From: Planctomycetota bacterium
Lineage (GTDB): Bacteria > Planctomycetota > PLA2 > JAEUHO01
Reading direction: 5' to 3'
Length of the DNA: 64,000 nt
Assembly (NCBI GenBank): GCA_029259775.1
Contig: JAJDEN010000028.1
Coordinates: forward strand, 1,204 to 65,203
Positions within the stretch are counted from its first letter, which is position 1. Each line of letters begins with the position of its first letter. The notes beneath the pieces were generated by a model. The model had not been told where the DNA came from. It saw only the letters and a list, made by a program, of their open reading frames with translations, and ran no database searches. Of the stretch, positions 26,297-35,971 are shown piece by piece. A program made the translations under genes and the position numbers.

Positions 26297-28686
26297 CAGG
26301 CGAACGCGGCCTTCTCGAGCGGCTGCTCTCCGGTGCGGGGCAGGCGGTTCGTCCTGTCCTCGAGACACTGTCGCGGCGCGCGAGCACCACGCACGCCGCA
26401 CGCGTCCGGCTGCCGGGACTGACCGGCCCGGTCGAGGCGCATTTCGATGAACACGGCGTGCCGCACGTGCGCGCTGCGACGGACGCCGACGCGTTCCGCG
26501 TGCAGGGCTTCTGCCACGCTCGCGATCGGTACTTCCAGATGGACATGCTGCGGCGTGTCCTGCGCGGGCGGCTTTGCGAGGTCGTGGGGGAGCGACGGCT
26601 CGGCTCGATGGCCTTGCCGCCGTTTGGCACGGACGGCACGACCCGCGACGCGGATCACCTCATGCGCGCCCTCGACCTGTTGCCGGCCGCGCGCCGCGTC
26701 TGGGAGCATGGCGACGACGACGGGCGGGCGCTGCTCCAGGCCTACGTCGACGGGGTGAACGCGGGCGTCCGCATGCTCCGGCGCAAGAAGCCGCTCGAAC
26801 ATCGCCTGCTCCGGTTGCCGCTCCGACCGTGGGGACCGGTGGACTCGATCCTGATCGCCAAGGGCATGGCCCTCGGCCTCAGCTTCAAGTGGCGCGCGGC
26901 CCCGGTGTTCACCGCCCTGGCCGACGCGCTGCAAGACAAGCCCGAGCACCTGCGGGCCATCCTGCCGAAGACGCCGGGCGACGGCGCGCTCGCCATTGCG
27001 CGCTGTATTCGGGAGAGCCTGAACGAAGGCATGAGCGACGCGCTCCGCTTCCTGCCGCTCGACGCCCCGACCGTCGGAAGCAACGCATGGCTGGTGGGCC
27101 GCGATCGCACGCGCAGCGGCAAGCCCATCGTTGCCAGCGATCCGCACCTCGAGCTGAGCCTTCCGGGCATCTGGTACCTCGCCAGCCTGCGCGGCGGTTC
27201 CTACCAGGCCGTGGGTGCTTCGCTGCCGGGGCTGCCCGGCATCGTGATCGGGCGCACGCCCACGGTGGCCTGGGGTCTCACGAACGCGATGCTCGACGAC
27301 TGCGACCTGTGGCTGGAAGAGCTGGACGAGTCCGGTACGCGCTACCGCCTCGACGGCGCCTGGCACGACCTCGAGATCGATGCGCAACGCGTGCCACGCC
27401 GCGGCAAGCCGGACGCGACCTTCACGGTGCGTCGCACCCATCGCGGCGCGCTGATCTCAGACGCGTTTCCCGGCTACGAAGGCCCCGCGCTCTCGATGCG
27501 CATGACACTGCATGAGCCGACGCGCGACCTGGAGACCTTCCTGGGCCTCGGACGTGCCCGCAACGTGGGCGAGGCTCTCGAGGCCGCGCGTTCGTTCGGA
27601 TCGCCGGCGCAGAACCTGCTCGTGGCCGATGCCAGTGGACGCGCCGCCTACCGCATGCTCGGCCATGTGCCGATGCGCGCGGAGATGGGCCACCCGGCCT
27701 TCCCCCGGGACGGCACGACGCGTGCGTCCGACTGGACGGGGTTCGTACCGGACGACGAGGTGCCGCAGTTCGATCTCGGCCCGGAAGACCAGGTCGTCTC
27801 GTCCAACCACCCGCAGGTGGACGCGAGCTACCCGCACTATCTGAGCCACCTCTACGAGCCCGACTACCGTGCCGCGCGCATCGGCGCGTGCCTCGCCGGG
27901 GCGCAGGACCTCACGGCCGACGACATGCGCGAGCTGCAGGCCGATGCCCTCAATCTTGTCGCGGCGCGGTTCCGCCGCGCCGTCATCGAGCCCGTCGAAG
28001 CGGAGGTGCGGGCGCTCCGTCCGACCCTCGGTCCCATGCTCGATCGCCTGCTGCGGTGGGACGGCGTCGAGACCAAGGAGGCGCGTGGGGCCGTGCTGTG
28101 GCACCTGGCCTACCACCATCTCGCGCGCCGCGTGTTCACGCCCGTGCTCGGTACGCAGCTTGCCGGCCATTGGATGGGGCTGATGAATCTCGTCGACGAG
28201 GCCTTGCTCGAAGCGTTCGAGAGCGCGGACAGCCCGTGGGTCCCCGCGGGCGAGCGGACGACGATCGTGCTCGAAGCGCTCGAGACCACGGCCCGCGACC
28301 TGCAGGCGCGCAAGCTCGATCTCGACGCCGCGTGGGGTCAGCTGCACACCCTGTTGCTCAAGCATCCTGCCGGTTCGTCGCCCGCGCTGGCTGCCACGTT
28401 CAACCGCGGTCCGATTCCGATGGACGGCGGCCCGTACAGCGTGGTGTCAGGCCAGTATTTCCACTCGAAGCCCGGCCCGATGGTCGTGGGGCAGTCCTAC
28501 CGGCAGGTCGTGGACCTGGGCGATCCGGAGGCCGGGCGCATGATCACGTTCGGCGGCCAGTCGGGCCACGTGGGCTCGCCGCACTACGACGACCTGACGC
28601 CGCTCTGGGCGCGCGGCGATACGGTCCCGATGCGGCTCGAGACGCTGCCCGAGAAGGCCACGGTCACGCGCTTCGATCCGGCCTAA
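26281..28686 (+). CDS. Penicillin acylase family (Ntn hydrolase, S45) protein
   Basis: ORF 26032..28686. 'GVPHVRAATDADAFRVQGFCHARDRYFQMD' supports the family, and the nucleophile context is 'GSNAWLVG'. No ATG is available after the PMM gene, so I provisionally use the GTG at 26281. Confidence 0.8.
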   Translation: MAQRVAGERGLLERLLSGAGQAVRPVLETLSRRASTTHAARVRLPGLTGPVEAHFDEHGVPHVRAATDADAFRVQGFCHARDRYFQMDMLRRVLRGRLCEVVGERRLGSMALPPFGTDGTTRDADHLMRALDLLPAARRVWEHGDDDGRALLQAYVDGVNAGVRMLRRKKPLEHRLLRLPLRPWGPVDSILIAKGMALGLSFKWRAAPVFTALADALQDKPEHLRAILPKTPGDGALAIARCIRESLNEGMSDALRFLPLDAPTVGSNAWLVGRDRTRSGKPIVASDPHLELSLPGIWYLASLRGGSYQAVGASLPGLPGIVIGRTPTVAWGLTNAMLDDCDLWLEELDESGTRYRLDGAWHDLEIDAQRVPRRGKPDATFTVRRTHRGALISDAFPGYEGPALSMRMTLHEPTRDLETFLGLGRARNVGEALEAARSFGSPAQNLLVADASGRAAYRMLGHVPMRAEMGHPAFPRDGTTRASDWTGFVPDDEVPQFDLGPEDQVVSSNHPQVDASYPHYLSHLYEPDYRAARIGACLAGAQDLTADDMRELQADALNLVAARFRRAVIEPVEAEVRALRPTLGPMLDRLLRWDGVETKEARGAVLWHLAYHHLARRVFTPVLGTQLAGHWMGLMNLVDEALLEAFESADSPWVPAGERTTIVLEALETTARDLQARKLDLDAAWGQLHTLLLKHPAGSSPALAATFNRGPIPMDGGPYSVVSGQYFHSKPGPMVVGQSYRQVVDLGDPEAGRMITFGGQSGHVGSPHYDDLTPLWARGDTVPMRLETLPEKATVTRFDPA

Positions 28687-28724
28687 ATGCGGCCGTGGTG
28701 CGAGGGCGCCGCTTGGGGCGTGGG

Positions 28725-28958
28725 CTACTCGGGGATCGAGAACTTGATCCAGCGCTCGGTGTTCGGCGCTTCCTCGTCGATGAGCACGAGGCCGTAGCGA
28801 GCGAGGCGGGCCACCGCCTGCCGCACGTCGCCGAGGTGGCGCGCGGTGCGGCTGCAGACACGCGTGAGGTCGAGCCAGCCGTTCGACTCGTGCTGGGTGT
28901 CCACGATCGTGCTGAACGTGGCGGACTCGAGGGGTGTGAGGGGCTTCTTCATGACCAT
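28725..28958 (-). CDS. Small hypothetical protein (77 aa, possibly winged-helix-like)
   Basis: Internal ATG at 28958 of ORF 28725..29096 (MVMKKPLTPLES...). Composition is ordinary, and it lies co-directionally downstream of the GHMP kinase. Confidence 0.4.
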   Translation of the reverse strand: MVMKKPLTPLESATFSTIVDTQHESNGWLDLTRVCSRTARHLGDVRQAVARLARYGLVLIDEEAPNTERWIKFSIPE

Positions 28959-29008
28959 CCGTCTCGGGCAGGAAGCATAGCGGAGCCTCGCCGGGGGCGA
29001 AGTCCGAA

Positions 29009-30088
29009 TCAGGGGGTCGTGTTCCCGGCGTCCGGGGGGCGCCCTGACGTGATCGTGAGTCCGGTCTCCACGAGGCGAACCGGCAGCGGCTGCCACGGGC
29101 CGGCCTCCACGACGCCGCCCTTCAAGACACGGTCCACCGCGGCGCCGGCCGCCTCATCCGGCAAGAGGATGAGGACGCAGCCGCCGCCTCCGGCCCCGCA
29201 GATCTTGGTGCCGAGGGCGCCCGCGGCCCGGACGGCCGCGTCGAGGGCCTCGATGCCCGGTGTGGTCACGCCCGCCGCCATACCGCGCCGGCGGTCGCCG
29301 TCCGCGAGCATGGCGGCAAAGGCGGCGTCGAGGTTGCCGTCCCGAAGCGCGGCTGCCGTCTGGCGCGCGTGGCCGGCCAGGGCTTCGAACGCGTCGCGCG
29401 TCGTGCGCTCCCCGTCCAGCCAGGCCTTCACGACACCCCAGTTCGTGAGGCCGGACTCGTGCGGCTCGCCCGTGTAGGCGAGGCGCAGCCGACCGGCCAA
29501 GGCAGCGAGGTCGACGGAGAGCCGCTCGATCTGGATCCCGCCCACGCCCGCGTGCAGCGCGAGGCAGCCTCCGAGCAGCGGGGGGAAGTAGTCCTGATGC
29601 CCCGTCGGCGCGCGCAACAGGCTCGTCTCGACATCTTGGGCGAGCGGCTGGATGTCGCGCGGAATCCGGCCGCGGCCGCAGGCTTCGAGCAAGGCGCCCA
29701 GCACGGCGCCGAGCAACGCCGACGAGCTGCCGAGTCCGCTGCCGGGCGGCGGCGTGGAGCGCGTGGTCAGCGTGAGGCCCGCCGGCGGCGCGACGGCCGC
29801 CACGGCGTGGCCCAGCAGGGGCAGGGGACAAGCTCCATCCGCCAGGGCCTGACCCAACTCGGCCAGGTCGGCGTAGCTGACCTCACGGTCGAGGTCAACG
29901 CTGCGCAACGTGACCGACGGGCCGTCGACCGGCGCGACACGTGCCTCGACCGGGAGGTCGAGCGCCGCGTTGACGGTCGTGGTTCCACCCATCGCCAGAT
30001 ACAGCGGCCAGATGTCCAGCGTGCCCCCGGCGAGGTCGATCCGAACCGGTGCCGTCGCATGGACGAACTCGAGGGGGAGGGCTGCCAT
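29009..30088 (-). CDS. GHMP-family sugar kinase
   Basis: ORF 29009..30088. It has 'APVRIDLAGGTLDIWP', the ATP-binding motif 'PPGSGLGSSSA' and 'KICGAGGGG'. Confidence 0.85.
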   Translation of the reverse strand: MAALPLEFVHATAPVRIDLAGGTLDIWPLYLAMGGTTTVNAALDLPVEARVAPVDGPSVTLRSVDLDREVSYADLAELGQALADGACPLPLLGHAVAAVAPPAGLTLTTRSTPPPGSGLGSSSALLGAVLGALLEACGRGRIPRDIQPLAQDVETSLLRAPTGHQDYFPPLLGGCLALHAGVGGIQIERLSVDLAALAGRLRLAYTGEPHESGLTNWGVVKAWLDGERTTRDAFEALAGHARQTAAALRDGNLDAAFAAMLADGDRRRGMAAGVTTPGIEALDAAVRAAGALGTKICGAGGGGCVLILLPDEAAGAAVDRVLKGGVVEAGPWQPLPVRLVETGLTITSGRPPDAGNTTP

Positions 30089-30434
30089 GGCGTCATCGTC
30101 GCCCGCCGAACCGACGTGACCTCCCGAACGGCAGCCGAACGCGCGGCTCGCGCGGACCGCCTGGGAGCGCGGATCGAGGCCGCAGGCATCGTGAGCGGCC
30201 CCCTTTCCTCGCCGTCCGGGGCGAATTCGGCCGCAGGGTCAATCCCGGAGGGCGACCCGGTCGATGTAGGAGCGGGACCGTGCGCGGATTTCTGCGGGAT
30301 GGCTCCCCCCGGATCGCGTCCAATTGGCGCGTCGGCCTGCGCCGGCGCGGTGGGCGCGTACCGTGGACACGTAGCCTGACAACCTGGTCCGCCCCAACGG
30401 GGGCATGCGCTCCTTGGGGGCACGAAGGCCTTAG

Positions 30435-31925
30435 ATGACCTCCGGATTCAAGCTTGGTCTCGTCGTGCTGGGGGCCCTGGCCCTCGGCTGCGCCGTGCTG
30501 CTCCTGTTCCAGGATGGCAGCGGCGAAGGCCGTGGCTCCTCCGGCGACCTCACCGCCGACAGCGATACCGACGCTCCGCTCCACGGCGGTACCGACGGCA
30601 GCGGCTCGCAGGGGGATCGCAGCGGCAAGGGCACGGGCCCCGTCCTCGAGCCCGGCGCCCAGCCCGGCGGCGGCTCCGACTCCCTGGTCGGCGCTCGCGA
30701 ACCCAAGGGCATCGACTACTCCGATCCGGCCGTTCGGGAGAAGGCGTTGCGACGCATGCTCTCGACGCCGCCGATCGAGTGGCTGCGCGTCTCGAAGATC
30801 GTCGCGATCATGCAGCCTGGCGAGGCGATTCCCGCCGAGCTGCGTCCCGTCATCTTGCAGGAGCTGCGCTCCGGCAAGCGGCTGCAGGTGATGCACGTCT
30901 TCGCGGCCCTGCGCGATGAAGCGTTCGTCGAAGACCTCTTCGAGGTCCTCGAAGGGGGCGCGGCGACCGCCGGTCACGAGCGCGCCGCGCTGGAAGCGCT
31001 CTGGAAGATGCCGGGCGGCGATGACGACACGATCGCGCGCCGCCTGGAGGGTCGCCTCACGAACGACCTCCGCAAGGACGTCAGTGTGCTGCGCGCCATT
31101 GGCAAGCGCGGGGGGGCCGAATCCGCCCGTGCGATGGTCGAGTACCTGCAACGCCAGCAGAACCCTCTCGACGTCCGCTCCCACATCCTGCAGTCGCTCG
31201 ACGTGAGCACCGACAAGGCGGCCGCCGCGGTTGTCGCTGATGCGCTGCGCACGGAGGCTTCCCCGAAGGTGCAGAAGGCGCTGATCGAGATGGTGAAGCG
31301 TCCCGGCGCCAGCGCGATGACCGAGCCGCTCATCGGCATGGACCGCGAGGGCGTGACGCTCGAGGTCCGCTCGCAGGCCATCATCGCGCTCGGTCGCATC
31401 GGCGACGCGCGGTCGACGGAGTACCTACTCCGCAAGGCTGCGGAGCCGGGCACGTTCGGCGAGAAGGCCCTGACCGCCGTCGCCCTCATCCAGAGCGGCG
31501 ACCCCAAGGTGGGGGAGCAGCTCGCGAGCGCCCTGGCCAGTGCCGACCGCAACCCGCGGCCGGAGAAGGCCAAGGCAAGCCTGCTGCATGCCATCGGCAC
31601 GGTCCGCCACAAGGAGAGCCTGCCCACCGTGGCGCGCTCGCTCGACGACCGCAGCATGCCCGTCAAGGAAGCGGCCATCACGGCGATGGGGCGGATGGGC
31701 CACAACGCCCGGACGTACGTCCCGAAGCTCGTGAAGATGTACGACGGCGGCGATGCCCGCATGCAGCAGAAGGTCGCGGTCGCCCTGGGTGACATCGGCG
31801 GCAGCACGGCCGTGCGCGAGATGCGCCGGATGCTGGCGACGAAGAACCTCCCCCTCTCGGTGAAGCGCACCCTGCAGATGGGCCTGCGCAACGCCGAGCG
31901 CGAGATGAAGGACGAGAACCGCTGA
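30435..31925 (+). CDS. Membrane-anchored HEAT-repeat protein
   Basis: ORF 30435..31925. It has an N-terminal TM helix (LGLVVLGALALGCAVLLL), an acidic linker and repeated 'A..ALG.IGD..S...L' HEAT-like units. Confidence 0.72.
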   Translation: MTSGFKLGLVVLGALALGCAVLLLFQDGSGEGRGSSGDLTADSDTDAPLHGGTDGSGSQGDRSGKGTGPVLEPGAQPGGGSDSLVGAREPKGIDYSDPAVREKALRRMLSTPPIEWLRVSKIVAIMQPGEAIPAELRPVILQELRSGKRLQVMHVFAALRDEAFVEDLFEVLEGGAATAGHERAALEALWKMPGGDDDTIARRLEGRLTNDLRKDVSVLRAIGKRGGAESARAMVEYLQRQQNPLDVRSHILQSLDVSTDKAAAAVVADALRTEASPKVQKALIEMVKRPGASAMTEPLIGMDREGVTLEVRSQAIIALGRIGDARSTEYLLRKAAEPGTFGEKALTAVALIQSGDPKVGEQLASALASADRNPRPEKAKASLLHAIGTVRHKESLPTVARSLDDRSMPVKEAAITAMGRMGHNARTYVPKLVKMYDGGDARMQQKVAVALGDIGGSTAVREMRRMLATKNLPLSVKRTLQMGLRNAEREMKDENR

Positions 31926-31983
31926 TCGGCCGGCGCCCTGGATAGGATGCGCAGGCAACCACTCCGGGGCGTTCACAAGATCG

Positions 31984-33249
31984 GTGCGAGTTTCCACCCT
32001 CCTCCTCTGCCTCTTCTTCCTGCTCGCCACGCCTGCGTGGGCGGCGGACGACACGACGGCGGCCAACGTCTTGACCAAGCTCAAGCGCGGCCTGCGCAGC
32101 GCCAAGGAAGCGGAGCGCCGCACGGCGGTGAACGACGTCGGCCGCTTCAGCAAGCAGCTGAGCCGCGCCCAGCAACTCGTGGCCGCCAAGGCGATGCGCA
32201 AGGCGCTCGCCGGCGATTCGTCGACCGAGGTACGGCGGCTGATGATTCGCGCGCTGGCGCGCATGCAGCACGAGCACGCCTGGATCCCGGTGCTCCTGGC
32301 ATCGCAGAGCGACGCGGATCCGAAGGTGAAGGACCAGGCACGGCAGGAGGTCCTGTCGGGCGGGGCGGACGAGCTCGAGGCGATGAAGCGCATCCTGGCG
32401 ACGGAGACGAGCGCCTCCTTCCGCGCGGAACTCCTCCTGATGCTGCGCGACCGCCGCAAGGCCGACGCGGCCCCGATCCTGCTCGAGCGCCTCAAGGACA
32501 AGAGCCGCATCGTGCAGGCTGCGGCGGCTGAGGCCCTCGAGGCGATCAGCGGGCAGCCCCTCGGCTACGACGTACGCAAGTGGACCGTGTGGCACAAGCG
32601 CTGGTTGGCCGCACGTCCCGCGGAGTCGGGTCCGAGTGTGAGCACGGGCGGCCGGGTCGACGAGCCAGCGCCGTACGTGACGCGCAAGCTGCACCCGCGC
32701 TTCTACGGTCTACCGCTGACGTCGAAGGACATCGTGTTCGTCCTCGACATCTCGGGCTCGGTAGGCAGCGGCGGTGTGGGACGTGCCAAGAAGCAGCTCA
32801 TCAACGCCGTGATGTTGCTCGGGAGCGATGTGCGCATCAGCGCGCTGTTCTTCTCGGACGAGGTCCACATGTGGAAGAAGGGCACGATGGTGCCCGCCTC
32901 GCCGACGAACAAGGAGGACCTTGCGAAGTTCCTCCGCGGACTCGCGCCGGGACGCAAGACGGACGTCTACACGCCGCTCAACGCGGGCCTGAAGATCCTC
33001 GATCGCCGTGTGCAGGCGAAGCAGAAGGCCAAGGAGCCCTTCCGCGCGCCCGTCACGATGATCACGGTCAGCGACGGGCAGGACAACATGGCCGCCATGC
33101 CGCCGCGCATCATCGCGGACAAGCTCGACCGTCTCGACCCCGCCCTCTCCGTCCTGCACTGCATCGTGCTGGGGACGAAGGAGAGTCCGCTGATGGCAGC
33201 GATCGCCCGGTTGGGCGGCGGCCACTACGTACGCGGCGAGAAGCCGTAG
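31984..33249 (+). CDS. Secreted HEAT-repeat plus von Willebrand factor A (vWA) domain protein
   Basis: ORF 31984..33249 with a GTG start. It has a signal peptide LLLCLFFLLATPAWA and a MIDAS motif 'DISGSVG', with downstream 'KTDVYT' and 'VSDGQDN'. Confidence 0.8.
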   Translation: MRVSTLLLCLFFLLATPAWAADDTTAANVLTKLKRGLRSAKEAERRTAVNDVGRFSKQLSRAQQLVAAKAMRKALAGDSSTEVRRLMIRALARMQHEHAWIPVLLASQSDADPKVKDQARQEVLSGGADELEAMKRILATETSASFRAELLLMLRDRRKADAAPILLERLKDKSRIVQAAAAEALEAISGQPLGYDVRKWTVWHKRWLAARPAESGPSVSTGGRVDEPAPYVTRKLHPRFYGLPLTSKDIVFVLDISGSVGSGGVGRAKKQLINAVMLLGSDVRISALFFSDEVHMWKKGTMVPASPTNKEDLAKFLRGLAPGRKTDVYTPLNAGLKILDRRVQAKQKAKEPFRAPVTMITVSDGQDNMAAMPPRIIADKLDRLDPALSVLHCIVLGTKESPLMAAIARLGGGHYVRGEKP

Positions 33250-33322
33250 CTAGCTGAGCGCGTCGCGCGCGGCTACTTCAGCGCGTCACGCCCGTCGCTA
33301 CTTGAGCGCGTCACGTAATGAC
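33250..33322. repeat. Three tandem ~24-bp copies of the last codons plus stop of the 33298..34068 gene
   Basis: ctagctgagcgcgtcgcg..., ctacttcagcgcgtcacg... and ctacttgagcgcgtcacg... On the minus strand each copy encodes RDAL(K/S)-stop. Confidence 0.75.
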
Positions 33323-34068
33323 GGGTGCGTCGAGGTGTCGGCGGCGAGCTTGTCGAGGGCGGCGGGCCGGTCGGTCTTGTTGCGGGCACGAGCGGCTTCG
33401 ACGCGTACGGCGAGGGGCCGCTGCGCGTCGAGAATGACCTCGTCGAGCGCATCCATCGTCTCGGCGCCGCCGGAGTCCGGCAGCTGCTTGAGGAAGAGGA
33501 TCGCGGCCGGGGCGGCCTCGTTGTGAGCCAGCGCGCCCCACGCCAGTCGGCGGAGTTTGCGGATCGGACGCGCGCTGCTTTCGCCGGCACCCTCGACCAT
33601 GCGTGCGCCGACCTCGAACGCCTCGTGGGCATGCGGACCCACGCGACCGGCGGGATCCGCCAGCCCGATCAGCACCTGGGCACGGAACGCCTCGCGTTCC
33701 TCGCCGGCGAGCGCCTGGAAGCGTTCGACGGCGTCGGCGGCGCTCATGGAGAGCTTGCCCTTGCCCATGACGATCGCGATCTGGAGCGAGCCTGTCGCCG
33801 CACCGGTGCCGCCCTTGACGGGTGCCACGGGCTGCTTGTCGTCGCGCCTGCCCTTGTTCACGGCGCGGCTGGCGGCCCCATGGCCCGTGAAGTCCCAGAT
33901 CAGGGCACCCAGGACGACGACCCCCAGGATCATCATCACGAGGCCCTTGCCCTTGGGCGCGGGGGCGTGCATCTTGCTCGCCGCCTCGACGCGACCGGCG
34001 ATTCCGGTACGGGCGGGGGTGGGCGGGTCGTTGGATTCCCGCGACTGGCCCATCGGGTTGAAATTCAT
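33298..34068 (-). CDS. Hypothetical membrane-anchored protein
   Basis: C-terminal 256 codons of ORF 33298..35382. The ATG at 34068 has a gaggag RBS. It has one TM helix (LVMMILGVVVLGALIW). Upstream of this start, the long ORF is antisense to aroC. Confidence 0.6.
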   Translation of the reverse strand: MNFNPMGQSRESNDPPTPARTGIAGRVEAASKMHAPAPKGKGLVMMILGVVVLGALIWDFTGHGAASRAVNKGRRDDKQPVAPVKGGTGAATGSLQIAIVMGKGKLSMSAADAVERFQALAGEEREAFRAQVLIGLADPAGRVGPHAHEAFEVGARMVEGAGESSARPIRKLRRLAWGALAHNEAAPAAILFLKQLPDSGGAETMDALDEVILDAQRPLAVRVEAARARNKTDRPAALDKLAADTSTHPSLRDALK

Positions 34069-34122
34069 CGTTGGCTCCTCTCCGGGTCGGAGCGCGACTT
34101 CCATCGTACCGTACCCGGTGCC

Positions 34123-35271
34123 ATGGAGCTCCTCGTTGAAACCGCAGGTGAGAGCCACGGCGCCGCACTGACGGCGATCGTGGCCGGTATCCCGGCCGGA
34201 TCTCCGGTTGCGGAGGCCTACATCAACGCCCGGCTCAAGGCCCGTCAAGGTGGGGCCGGAGCCAGTTCGCGCCAGAAGACCGAGCGGGACGAGGTCCTCT
34301 TTGGCGCCGGTGTGCGGGACGGCAAGGCCACGGGCAACCCGATCGCCCTCCAGATCCTGAACCGCGACAAGACCTACGAGCACCTCCCGCCCGTCCACAC
34401 GCCGCGCCCGGGCCACGCCGACCTTGCCGGGGCCATGAACCGCGGCCTGACGGACGCCCGCGACATCGTGGAGCGCTCGAGTGCCCGCGAGACGGCTGCA
34501 CGCGTGGCCGCCGGCGCGATCGCCGCCCAGTTCCTGGAGGCGTTGGGCATCCACGTCCTGGGCCACACGGTCTCGGTGGGGGGCGTCGACCTCCATGCCG
34601 AGGCCGGGGTGGACCTCGAGGCTGCTCGCGCCCGGCGCGACGCCAGTGATCTGCACGCGCTCGGCTCCCCCGATGGCCACACGGAGGCGCTCGCACGGAT
34701 CGCTGCCGCGAAGAAGGCTGGCGACACGCTGGGCGGGATCGTCGAGGTCGTCGCCACAGGTGTGCCGGTGGGCCTCGGCGGTCACGAGCGGCCCGAGACG
34801 AAGCTCTCGACCGGACTCGCCGCGGCCCTGATGGGGGTGCAGGCGGTCAAGGGTACCGAGATCGGCCTGGGTTTCCGGTGCACCGGCCTCAAGGGCTCGG
34901 AGCTTCACGACACGATCCTCCCCGGCGAAGGCCGACCCGCGCGCGGTGGCAACAACGCAGGCGGGATCGAGGGCGGCATGAGCAACGGCGAGGCGATCGT
35001 CCTGCGCGCCGCGATGAAGCCGCTGGCGACCTTGCGCGAGGCGCTCCCGAGCGTGGACCTCCGCACGGGCGAGGCGGCGCCCGCGAGAATCGAGCGCAGC
35101 GATGTGACCGCAGTCCCTCGACTCGCGATCGTTGCAGAAAGCGTCGTGGCCATCGAGCTGGCTCGGCACGTCCGCCGTCGCTTTGGCGGGGCGCACCTGG
35201 ATGAGGTGCTCGCGGCAATCGCCCACCATCGTGCGCGCGTCCGGGAGACCCTGGGCACTAGGGGGCACTAG
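34123..35271 (+). CDS. aroC: Chorismate synthase
   Basis: ATG at 34123 in ORF 33325..35271. Motifs are 'TAGESHG', 'RPGHADL', 'ERSSARETAARVAAGA' and 'NNAGGIEGGMSNG'. Confidence 0.95.
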   Translation: MELLVETAGESHGAALTAIVAGIPAGSPVAEAYINARLKARQGGAGASSRQKTERDEVLFGAGVRDGKATGNPIALQILNRDKTYEHLPPVHTPRPGHADLAGAMNRGLTDARDIVERSSARETAARVAAGAIAAQFLEALGIHVLGHTVSVGGVDLHAEAGVDLEAARARRDASDLHALGSPDGHTEALARIAAAKKAGDTLGGIVEVVATGVPVGLGGHERPETKLSTGLAAALMGVQAVKGTEIGLGFRCTGLKGSELHDTILPGEGRPARGGNNAGGIEGGMSNGEAIVLRAAMKPLATLREALPSVDLRTGEAAPARIERSDVTAVPRLAIVAESVVAIELARHVRRRFGGAHLDEVLAAIAHHRARVRETLGTRGH

Positions 35272-35279
35272 CTGGCGCA

Positions 35280-35354
35280 TGGAGCCGGTGGTCAGGATTG
35301 AACTGACGACCTGCGGTTTACAAAACCGCTGCTCTACCACTGAGCTACACCGGC
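35280..35354 (-). tRNA. tRNA-Thr (anticodon TGT), CCA encoded
   Basis: The reverse complement is GCCGGTGTAGCTCAGTGGTAGAGCAGCGGTTTTGTAAACCGCAGGTCGTCAGTTCAATCCTGACCACCGGCTCCA, which folds as a full cloverleaf. Confidence 0.92.
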
Positions 35355-35431
35355 GCGTCTGACGGCCAGACCATACCGTCACGGCTCAGGATGCCCACCT
35401 TCGGGGCCTCAGGCCCCCTACACTTGCGCCC

Positions 35432-35968
35432 ATGGGCGAGCCGATGCCGATGCCGACCAGCGAACCGCTGCCTCCGAAGAAGAATCGCAAGGAGAAGATC
35501 CTGCTCGGCGTGCTGATCGTCCTGTTCGTCGCCGGCGTCACGGCGTGGACGGCGCTCGTGGAGGGCTGCTCTGCGAAGGTCAAGGAAGGCGTCGGTCTGC
35601 TCGACATCCTCCGGTCGCCCGAGTCGTGGCAGGAGGTGTTCCAGCGCATCAAGCCCGTCGACGGATCGACCCTCCACGCTTCGTTCGGCGACTACGACGA
35701 TCCGTCAAAGCATCCGAGCATGGGCGAGACCGTGGTCGTGCGCGGGCGTGTGCACTTCGTGGACGTCTCCGACCCCGAGCGTCCGACGATGATCTTCACG
35801 TCCAGCCACGGCCGCGTGCGCTTCGTCTTCCATGCGAGGCGCCTCGAACGCGTGAGCAAGCTCGAGACCGGCACGGAGGTCGTCATCGGCGGCCTCTTGA
35901 AGCGGCTCGCGGACGGCGTGCCCGAGGTCGTCCACAGCCAGTTCGAAGACGAGTGGCTCCGCAAGTAG
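35432..35968 (+). CDS. Hypothetical membrane-anchored protein
   Basis: ORF 35432..35968. It has one TM helix (ILLGVLIVLFVAGVTAW) and an ordinary-composition C-terminal domain. Confidence 0.6.
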   Translation: MGEPMPMPTSEPLPPKKNRKEKILLGVLIVLFVAGVTAWTALVEGCSAKVKEGVGLLDILRSPESWQEVFQRIKPVDGSTLHASFGDYDDPSKHPSMGETVVVRGRVHFVDVSDPERPTMIFTSSHGRVRFVFHARRLERVSKLETGTEVVIGGLLKRLADGVPEVVHSQFEDEWLRK

Positions 35969-35971
35969 CCG

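Noticed and set aside
33298-35382. 694-aa minus-strand ORF taken at face value.
   Set aside because: Only the last 256 codons (from the ATG at 34068, which has an RBS) look like a gene. The upstream part is antisense to aroC and runs through tRNA-Thr (35280-35354).
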